Origin: Fidelibacterota bacterium
GTDB lineage: Bacteria; Fidelibacterota; Fidelibacteria; Fidelibacterales; Fidelibacteraceae
Reading direction: 5' to 3'
Assembly: GCA_034723415.1 (NCBI GenBank)
Contig: JAYEOX010000092.1
Location: forward strand, 1-14,062
DNA length: 14,062 nt
Part shown: piece after piece, positions 1 to 6,903 of the stretch
Numbering within the stretch: position 1 is the first letter of the stretch
How the letters are laid out: every line of letters starts with the position of its first letter
Made by a program: the position numbers and the translations under genes
Notes under the pieces: model-generated
Told to the model about the DNA's origin: nothing
The model's input: only the letters and a program-made list of their open reading frames with translations
Databases searched by the model: none

Positions 1-3000
1 TAACTAAACCACACATTCTTTTTTCCTAATTCATCTTTTAATTCTTCCACTAACATCCATGATGAATTAACTTTGATACTCTTTGCTCTTTTTATCCACT
101 CTTTGTTATTCTTATCAATTATATGGATTATCAAATTTGTTTTTCCACTATATTTTTTTAATATTTCATTTATTAGAAGATTTAATTCTTTGGGATTAGC
201 TTTTTTATAATTAATTCTAATGTGAATATTATTAACCATTTTTTCTCTAAGTTCATTCAATGGTATTAATGAATTCATAATAATTGTCTTCTCTTTGTTA
301 TCTTTATCTCGCTCCGACATTTTCCCTGTTACAAATACTTCGTTATTAACAACAATATTTTTTTTATTTTTTTCATAAGTATCACGAAAAGCTAAAACTG
401 TTACTTTTTGGCTTAATGTTTCAAGTATAAATCTTGAATATGATTTATCATTTTTATCAAATAACATTTTCTGACTTGTTATAATTCCTCCAATTTTATA
501 TTCACCAACATTATTTTTATTTAATAATCCAATATTTGAAAATGCTTCCAATTCATCACGATATTTTTCAAGCGGATGTCCGGAAAGATAGAATCCAATG
601 AATTCTTTTTCTTTATCTAACTTCTTCTTTTCTTTCCAATCTGGCAAATCCTTTAATTTCGGTTCATTCATCATCGTTTTTTGTGAATCAGCTCCAAATA
701 AACTTACTTGTTTTGAATTTTTTTCATCTTGATACTTTTGACCATACCGTAATGAATCATCAACCACATCTAATAATTGATTCCTATTACCCGGTAGAGA
801 GTCCATTGCGCCAATACAGATCAGTGCCTCTAATGCCTTTCTATTCACTGCTTTATAATTTATTCTACTTGTAAGATCGAATAACGATGTAAATTTTTCT
901 CCCTCTTCACAAGCATTTGCTATTGATTCTGCCGCTTTGTCACCAACATTTTTTACTGCTGCCAATCCATAAATTATTTTCCCATCTTTAACAGAAAATA
1001 GTGGCTTAGATACATTTACATCAGGATTAATAATTGGAATATCCATGCTCTTGATCTCTTCTATCTTACTAGCAACTTTTTCAATTTTACCTCGCTCACT
1101 ATTCAAAATAGACGCGAAAAATTCAGCAGGATAATGCGCTTTCAAATATGCCGTCTGATAAGCGATTAACGAATATGCAACAGCATGACTTTTATTAAAA
1201 CCATAGTCGGCAAATTTTGAAAGAAGATCATAAATTTCATTGGCAATTTTTTCTGATATCTCTTTTTTCTTAGCTCCTTTAACAAATTCACTTCTTAATT
1301 TCTTTAATGTTTCACGCTGTTTTTTCCCCATTGCGCGTCGTAAAATATCTGCTTTGCTTAATGTAAATCCACCAACCTTGGAAACAATTTGAATCACTTG
1401 TTCCTGATATACAATTATTCCATAAGTGCTTTTCAAAATTGATTCTAATTTCGGATGTAAATATTCAATCTCTTCTTTACCTTCTTTACGACGAATAAAT
1501 GATGGAATATTCCCCATCGGACCAGGACGATATAATGCATTCATTGCAACTAAATCTTCGATCTTACTCGGTTTTAATTGTTTTAAATATTGACGCATTC
1601 CATCGGATTCAAATTGAAAAACTCCAACTGTTTCTCCGGAACTAAAAAGTTCATACACTTTTTTATCATTTAATGGAATTTTTTCAATATCAATTTCTAT
1701 ATCTTTTCCTTTTAACAGCTCAATAGTATTTTCTATTACTGTTAATGTCCTAAGTGAAAGAAAATCCATCTTTAATATTCCAATGTCATCTAATGATTTC
1801 ATTGCATATTGAGTAACAATATCATCACCGGTTTTATATAAAGGAAGATAATCAGTCAAATCTCCAGGTGCAATAACTACTCCTGCAGCATGCATGCCAG
1901 CATGTCTGACATTACCTTCAAGTGCTTTTGCATTGGACCATATTTTTTCATATTCATCATCGCTGCTTAAAAACTCCCTCAATTCTTGAACCATATTTTC
2001 AGCTTTTTCAAGAGTCATGCCTAATTTATCGGGAATCATTTTTGCTATTTTGTCTCCAATAGAATATGGTAAACCCAATACTCTTGTAACATCACGAACG
2101 ACTCCTTTTGCCTTTAATGTTCCAAAAGTAATTATTTGACATACACTTTTTTTCCCATATTTATTCTTTACATAATCAATTACTAAATTTCTTTTTTCAT
2201 CACAAAAATCGATGTCAATGTCGGGCATTGATACTCTATCCGGATTTAAGAATCTTTCAAATAATAGATCATATTTTAACGGATCAACATTGGTTATTCC
2301 AAGTGAATATGCTACTAAACTTCCGGCAGCAGAACCACGACCAGGTCCAACCGGAATATTATTATTTTTTGCATATTGTATAAAATCACTTGTAATTAAA
2401 AAATAACCCGGATAATCCATTTTATTTATTACTTTTAACTCATAATCTAATCGCTTTTCATATTTAGATTTTACCTTATCACCAATTCTTTTCTTTAGAC
2501 CCTTTTTTGCCAATTTTTCTAAATATACTTTAGGATCTTTTATACCGCTCTCTTCAGGAATATGAAATTCAGGTTGTAAATATTCTCCCATTTTAATTTC
2601 TACATTACATCTGTCGGCAATTTTTTTTGTATTTTCAATTGCTTCCGGAAGGTCCTGGAAGAGCTCTTCCATTTCATCACCGGATTTTAAATAGAATTGA
2701 TTACCATAATATTTTTTTCTATTTTCATCATGGACAGTATTTTTGGAACCAATACACAGCAATAGATCATGCGAAGTAGCATCTTCTTTTACATTGTAAT
2801 GGGAATCATTGGAACACACTAATGGAATATCCAATTCTTTTGACATCTTACTAAAAGCATCAATAACAATTTTTTGTTCCGGAATTCCATGATCTTGAAT
2901 TTCCAAATAGAATCTATCAGGAAATATCTTCTCAAATTCCAAAGCTGCTTTTTTTGCATCTTCATATTTACCTAAAATAACTTTTTCTGCAACTTCTCCT

Positions 3001-3425
3001 TTTATACAACCGGAAAGTGCAATTAATCCTTCATTATATTTTTCCAATAATTCTTTATCAACTCGCGGAGTGTAATAAAATCCTTCTAAATAACCGAGAG
3101 AAACTAATTTTATTAAATTTTTATATCCTACATTATTCATTGCCAATAAAATTAAATGATTACTTGGTCTTTTCCCTCTTTGTGTTGATTCTTTTTTAAA
3201 TCTTGATCCTTTGGCTACATATATTTCACAACCAATAATTGGTTTGATATCAAAACTTTTCGCTATTTTATAAAATTTAATAGCTCCGAACATATTACCA
3301 TGATCGGTCAATGCTATAGATTTCATATCAAGTTCTTTTGCTTTTTTGATAATTGATTCAATTTTTTGAGATGCATCCAATAAACTATAATCGCTATGAA
3401 CATGCAAATGAACGAAATTTGACAT
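1..3425 (-). CDS. dnaE: DNA polymerase III alpha subunit, 1141 full codons; 3' end cut by the window edge
   Basis: Hand translation from ATG at 3425 gives MSNFVHLHVHSDYSLLD. Later motifs fall in the same frame: ALTDHGNM, PIIGCEIY, PVGPGRGSAAGSLVAY (~2354), MPDIDIDFC (2228) and DYGFNKSHA (~1205). It ends ...ELGKKNVWFS followed by TA at positions 2-1, probably a truncated stop. Frame was checked at these motifs, not at every codon. Length is typical for DnaE. Confidence 0.97.
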   Translation of the reverse strand, partial: MSNFVHLHVHSDYSLLDASQKIESIIKKAKELDMKSIALTDHGNMFGAIKFYKIAKSFDIKPIIGCEIYVAKGSRFKKESTQRGKRPSNHLILLAMNNVGYKNLIKLVSLGYLEGFYYTPRVDKELLEKYNEGLIALSGCIKGEVAEKVILGKYEDAKKAALEFEKIFPDRFYLEIQDHGIPEQKIVIDAFSKMSKELDIPLVCSNDSHYNVKEDATSHDLLLCIGSKNTVHDENRKKYYGNQFYLKSGDEMEELFQDLPEAIENTKKIADRCNVEIKMGEYLQPEFHIPEESGIKDPKVYLEKLAKKGLKKRIGDKVKSKYEKRLDYELKVINKMDYPGYFLITSDFIQYAKNNNIPVGPGRGSAAGSLVAYSLGITNVDPLKYDLLFERFLNPDRVSMPDIDIDFCDEKRNLVIDYVKNKYGKKSVCQIITFGTLKAKGVVRDVTRVLGLPYSIGDKIAKMIPDKLGMTLEKAENMVQELREFLSSDDEYEKIWSNAKALEGNVRHAGMHAAGVVIAPGDLTDYLPLYKTGDDIVTQYAMKSLDDIGILKMDFLSLRTLTVIENTIELLKGKDIEIDIEKIPLNDKKVYELFSSGETVGVFQFESDGMRQYLKQLKPSKIEDLVAMNALYRPGPMGNIPSFIRRKEGKEEIEYLHPKLESILKSTYGIIVYQEQVIQIVSKVGGFTLSKADILRRAMGKKQRETLKKLRSEFVKGAKKKEISEKIANEIYDLLSKFADYGFNKSHAVAYSLIAYQTAYLKAHYPAEFFASILNSERGKIEKVASKIEEIKSMDIPIINPDVNVSKPLFSVKDGKIIYGLAAVKNVGDKAAESIANACEEGEKFTSLFDLTSRINYKAVNRKALEALICIGAMDSLPGNRNQLLDVVDDSLRYGQKYQDEKNSKQVSLFGADSQKTMMNEPKLKDLPDWKEKKKLDKEKEFIGFYLSGHPLEKYRDELEAFSNIGLLNKNNVGEYKIGGIITSQKMLFDKNDKSYSRFILETLSQKVTVLAFRDTYEKNKKNIVVNNEVFVTGKMSERDKDNKEKTIIMNSLIPLNELREKMVNNIHIRINYKKANPKELNLLINEILKKYSGKTNLIIHIIDKNNKEWIKRAKSIKVNSSWMLVEELKDELGKKNVWFS

Positions 3426-3434
3426 TTTTTTATT

Positions 3435-3440
3435 TCCCCT
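3435..3440 (-). promoter_or_regulatory. Shine-Dalgarno-like site for dnaE
   Basis: The minus strand reads AGAGGGGAAATAAAAAAATG, with AGGGGA 9 nt before the ATG. Confidence 0.65.
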
Positions 3441-3471
3441 CTTTGTCTCTTATTTTTTTACTCTTTTTATT

Positions 3472-3521
3472 ACCACATTTGTGTAATTTATTTCGTGTTC
3501 TTTTTCATGCATTTATGTGGC
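3472..3521. repeat. Degenerate short direct repeats bracketed by a 6-bp inverted repeat in the spacer upstream of dnaE
   Basis: Minus strand GCCACATAAATGCATGAAAAAGAACACGAAATAAATTACACAAATGTGGT has recurring CAC(A/G)..AAAT units. CCACAT (3473-3478) and ATGTGG (3515-3520) are an inverted pair. Confidence 0.4.
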
Positions 3522-3541
3522 TGCTAACATATTAAAATTAT

Positions 3542-4378
3542 CTAAAATTTTCCTAAATAAATAGATAATAATCCGAAAAATATCTCTACTTTTAGTATTT
3601 TTGCTAAATAATTATATTTTTTTTGTTCTTTATTGATCAAAAGATAACCAATCATTAATAGAACCGGAATTCCCACACTAATTAAAACTACTATTAAATA
3701 ATATACTCCATAAACTCCAATTAAATATGGAATTAAGATCACGATAATTAAAACAAACATTAAAAATACAACAATAGATTTAGTTTTATCAATTCCAATC
3801 ATCACAGGAAGTGTCTTCGCATCAAACTGCTCATCTCCTATCATATCTTCCATATCTTTTATTATCTCACGAATTAATGTAAAAAGAAAAGCTAAAACTG
3901 CAGGAACAATACCGATTTTATAATTTCCAAATGCGCCGGCAGCAAAAATAAATGCTAATCCCAAAATAAATGATACCAATAAATTTCCCCATATTGCTAT
4001 TTGTTTTAATTTTATTGCATAAATAATCATTAGCGGTGTAGCAATAAACAAAGATATTATAAAAGGAAATATCCCCAAAGAAAAAGAGATAATATTTCCG
4101 ACTATAAATAAAATAATTGCAAATATTTTCACTTCAGAAATATTTAATTTTCCGGCCGGAAGTGGACGATTCGGGCGATTTATTTTATCAATTTCTATAT
4201 CACGAATATCATTAACGCAATTTGCAGCTGCATTTAATAGCATTACAACTAACATTGCAAATATTAATTTGATCACATTAGGAAATGGAGTAAAAAAAGT
4301 AGCAGTGATCAGGACAGACAATGATCCCAAAAAAATATTTATTGGCCTCGATATTTTATAATAATAAAAGATTTTCAT
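3542..4378 (-). CDS. UbiA-family integral membrane prenyltransferase, DGGGP-synthase-like (geranylgeranylglycerol-phosphate geranylgeranyltransferase), 278 aa
   Basis: Multiple hydrophobic segments. Motifs: RPIN near the N-terminus, NDIRDIEIDKINRPNRPLPAG, YAIKLK...GNLLVS and REIIKDMEDMIGD...AKTLP. Start moved from 4522 to ATG 4378 (MKIFYYYKISRPIN), which removes the overlap with phoH. Confidence 0.85.
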   Translation of the reverse strand: MKIFYYYKISRPINIFLGSLSVLITATFFTPFPNVIKLIFAMLVVMLLNAAANCVNDIRDIEIDKINRPNRPLPAGKLNISEVKIFAIILFIVGNIISFSLGIFPFIISLFIATPLMIIYAIKLKQIAIWGNLLVSFILGLAFIFAAGAFGNYKIGIVPAVLAFLFTLIREIIKDMEDMIGDEQFDAKTLPVMIGIDKTKSIVVFLMFVLIIVILIPYLIGVYGVYYLIVVLISVGIPVLLMIGYLLINKEQKKYNYLAKILKVEIFFGLLSIYLGKF

Positions 4379-4384
4379 AATGCA

Positions 4385-4394
4385 AATATACAAA
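4385..4394 (-). promoter_or_regulatory. Putative -10-like element (TTTG-TATATT) for the prenyltransferase-dnaE transcript
   Basis: TATATT at 4390-4385 lies 6 nt before ATG 4378, with no SD. The same bases also match the Bacteroidota-type TAnnTTTG element. The -35 match is poor. Confidence 0.5.
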
Positions 4395-4401
4395 TTTCTT
4401 A

Positions 4402-4430
4402 TTGAAAATATAAATATTATTTTGTATAAT
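4402..4430 (+). promoter_or_regulatory. Sigma70-type promoter for phoH: TTGAAA-N17-TATAAT
   Basis: TTGAAA at 4402-4407, an exact 17-bp spacer, TATAAT at 4425-4430, then 6 nt to ATG 4437. Confidence 0.7.
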
Positions 4431-4436
4431 ATAATT

Positions 4437-5387
4437 ATGACAGAGACGACAAGAGAAATAATATTAAAAGGATTGGATCCAATTGCTATATTTGGTGTAA
4501 ATGATGAAAATTTGGAAGTCATTCGCTCTCATTTTAATGCGACATTAATTCCGCGAGGAAATAATCTTATCGTTACAGGCGAATTTTCTACAGTTGAACA
4601 AATTCATCATTTATTAAATGAATTAATTAAATTGATCCCTAAAAAGAAATACCTTGATCCTGAAGATATTGAAACATTAATAAATATTGAAGCAAGTGAA
4701 AAAAATCCAATTTATTCTGAACCCGACGAACAAATAATCCTATTCACACAAAAAGGAATTATCAAACCGAGAACAGAAGGACAGAAAGAATATTATAATA
4801 TTTGTCAAAAAAACGATATAACTTTTTCAGTTGGACCAGCAGGAACCGGAAAAACATATCAAGCAGTTGCTGTTGCCGTCGCTGCTCTAAAGAACAGAGA
4901 AGTTTCTAAAATAATATTATCTCGTCCTGCAGTAGAAGCCGGTGAACAGTTGGGATTTCTGCCCGGAGATATGCGTGAGAAAATCGATCCTTATCTTACA
5001 CCACTTTACGATGCATTAATGGAAATGATCACACCCGAAAAATTAAAAACATATCTTGAAAAAAAAATCGTCGAAATTTTGCCTTTGGCTTTTATGCGTG
5101 GTAGAACACTTGACAGTGCCTATTTGATATTGGACGAAGCTCAAAACACAACAAAATTACAGATGAAAATGTTTCTAACCAGAATAGGTGTAAATTCAAA
5201 AGCTATTATTACCGGAGATATTACTCAAATTGATCTTCCCAAAAATAATCAATCAGGTTTAATAAACGCTATAAAGATCTTAAAGGATATTAAAAATATT
5301 GGTTTTTGTGAATTAACAGAATCAGATGTAGTTCGTCATCCATTGGTAAAAAAGATCATTAGAGCTTATTCTAAAGAAAAATTATAA
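4437..5387 (+). CDS. phoH: PhoH-family ATPase (YbeZ-like), 316 aa
   Basis: Walker A GPAGTGKT, SRPAVEAGEQLGFLPGD, LAFMRGRTL, Walker B LILDEAQN, ITGDITQIDLP and DVVRHPLV. Start moved from 4380 to ATG 4437 (MTETTREIILKG) because the extension would run through the divergent promoter. Confidence 0.95.
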   Translation: MTETTREIILKGLDPIAIFGVNDENLEVIRSHFNATLIPRGNNLIVTGEFSTVEQIHHLLNELIKLIPKKKYLDPEDIETLINIEASEKNPIYSEPDEQIILFTQKGIIKPRTEGQKEYYNICQKNDITFSVGPAGTGKTYQAVAVAVAALKNREVSKIILSRPAVEAGEQLGFLPGDMREKIDPYLTPLYDALMEMITPEKLKTYLEKKIVEILPLAFMRGRTLDSAYLILDEAQNTTKLQMKMFLTRIGVNSKAIITGDITQIDLPKNNQSGLINAIKILKDIKNIGFCELTESDVVRHPLVKKIIRAYSKEKL

Positions 5388-5434
5388 ATTGTAATTAATT
5401 ATAAAAATATTTTATTGCAATATAACAATAATTC

Positions 5435-5440
5435 AAGGAG
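5435..5440 (+). promoter_or_regulatory. Shine-Dalgarno site for tmk
   Basis: AAGGAG lies 4 nt upstream of ATG 5445. Confidence 0.7.
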
Positions 5441-5444
5441 AATA

Positions 5445-6065
5445 ATGTTCATTACATTTGAAGGTATAGACGGCTGTGGAAAATCAACACAAGCAGAATT
5501 ATTAGCAAAATATTTAGAGAAAATCGGTTACAAAGTTGTCAATATTTTTGATCCGGGTTATACCAAAATCGGCAATGAAATAAGAGATATTCTACTTGAC
5601 CTAAAAAGCAATAAAATGCATTCACATACAGAATTACTTCTCTATTCTGCTGCGCGAAGTCAACTTGTAAGTGAAATAATCATTCCGGCACTAAATGAAA
5701 ATAAAATTGTAATAAGCGATAGATTTTTTGATTCTACAACAGCATATCAAGGTTACGGCAGAGGCATTTCTTTAGACCTAATAAATAAATTGAATGTTAT
5801 TGGAAGTCATAATTTGACACCGGATATTACATTTATTGTAAATGTTGACCTAAAAAATGCAAATGGTCGTTTAGAAAATAAAAGTAACATTGACAGAATG
5901 GAATCGGAAAACTCTAAATTTAAGAATAAGGTATTGTCCGGGTATATGGAAATTGTAAAAAAATATTCTAAAAGATGTTTTTTAATAGAGGGCAATAAAT
6001 CGGTAAATGAAATCCACAAACAGATAAAAGAAATTACAATTAAGAAAATTCTTTCACAAATTTAA
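5445..6065 (+). CDS. tmk: Thymidylate (dTMP) kinase, 206 aa
   Basis: P-loop MFITFEGIDGCGKST, ELLLYSAARSQ, SDRFFDSTTAYQGYGRG, PDITF and DRME. Start placed at ATG 5445 behind the SD. Confidence 0.96.
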   Translation: MFITFEGIDGCGKSTQAELLAKYLEKIGYKVVNIFDPGYTKIGNEIRDILLDLKSNKMHSHTELLLYSAARSQLVSEIIIPALNENKIVISDRFFDSTTAYQGYGRGISLDLINKLNVIGSHNLTPDITFIVNVDLKNANGRLENKSNIDRMESENSKFKNKVLSGYMEIVKKYSKRCFLIEGNKSVNEIHKQIKEITIKKILSQI

Positions 6066-6154
6066 ATTATAGTAGTAAATATATCTTTGGACTAAATAGA
6101 ATTAATTAAAAATTATATTTCATTTTATATTATTATTTTGTAAAATATATAATT

Positions 6155-6892
6155 ATGAAAACAAAACACCCTAAAATATATTTGCTATTAATATTGATTT
6201 TCGTTTTGACTTCTTTTTCATTTTCAAATGAAGTTGATGAAGTTTTAAAAGGAAAAAATAGTATCGCTTTACGAATGTCAATTAAAAATATGCCGGACAA
6301 TATACAAAGAAAAGTAATTAAAGCGATTTTGGAAGAAAACGGTGAAAATACATTATCTCAAGCTAAACAAATAATTATGAATTCATCTGATTCTACTATC
6401 TCTGCTTATGTCAAAATTGTCATTGCAGATCATTATCTAATAGATAATAACATTATTAATGCACAAATTCAATTAGATAAAGCAGTTGAATTTGATCCAA
6501 AAATTACAAAGACAAAATACTTTAAATTGATAAAATCAAGAATTTCCGGTTCATTATATAAAACAGATCCTAATACAAATCCAAAAAAGATTTCCATCTT
6601 TAATTTTGACAACGATCTCATTCAAGAAAAAACAAATGATAATGAGGCAATTAAAAAACCATTTCATATTCAAGTTGGGGCTTTTTCAGAATTAGAAAAT
6701 TCTAGACAACTGGCACAATTTTATTTAAAAAACGGTTATTATGTTAAAATTGTTAAAAAGCAAACTTCTAATAGAATATTATATCTTGTTCGCATTGGAG
6801 AATATGAAACTTTTTCCGAAGCCAATCAGTCATTAAATAGAATTAACAGCGAATTCCAAACTACCGGACTAATCATTAAAGATAAAAAGTGA
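6155..6892 (+). CDS. Exported SPOR-domain (peptidoglycan-binding) protein, 245 aa
   Basis: Basic then hydrophobic N-terminal signal peptide and a helical, possibly TPR-like middle. C-terminal SPOR pattern FHIQVGAFSELENS...LYLVRIGEYETFSEA. Confidence 0.8.
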   Translation: MKTKHPKIYLLLILIFVLTSFSFSNEVDEVLKGKNSIALRMSIKNMPDNIQRKVIKAILEENGENTLSQAKQIIMNSSDSTISAYVKIVIADHYLIDNNIINAQIQLDKAVEFDPKITKTKYFKLIKSRISGSLYKTDPNTNPKKISIFNFDNDLIQEKTNDNEAIKKPFHIQVGAFSELENSRQLAQFYLKNGYYVKIVKKQTSNRILYLVRIGEYETFSEANQSLNRINSEFQTTGLIIKDKK

Positions 6893-6903
6893 TTTTGTAA
6901 AAA

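Noticed and set aside
1..3425. Possible intein, split or frameshift in dnaE, suggested by its absence from the ORF track
   Set aside because: All checked motifs and the C-terminus share one frame and the length is normal. The ORF is missing only because it has no complete stop codon within the window.
683..3535. Short plus-strand ORFs 683-874, 2212-2406, 3017-3199 and 3353-3535
   Set aside because: They are antisense to dnaE or overlap its start, have no recognisable motifs, and are best explained as shadow ORFs.
4380..4522. Apparent 143-bp head-to-head overlap of the prenyltransferase and phoH ORFs
   Set aside because: An artefact of longest-ORF calling. Starts at 4378 (-) and 4437 (+) fit the family N-termini and leave a promoter-containing gap.
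5388..5434. AT palindromes such as TATTGCAATA between phoH and tmk
   Set aside because: Expected by chance in such AT-rich DNA and not repeated elsewhere that I could see.
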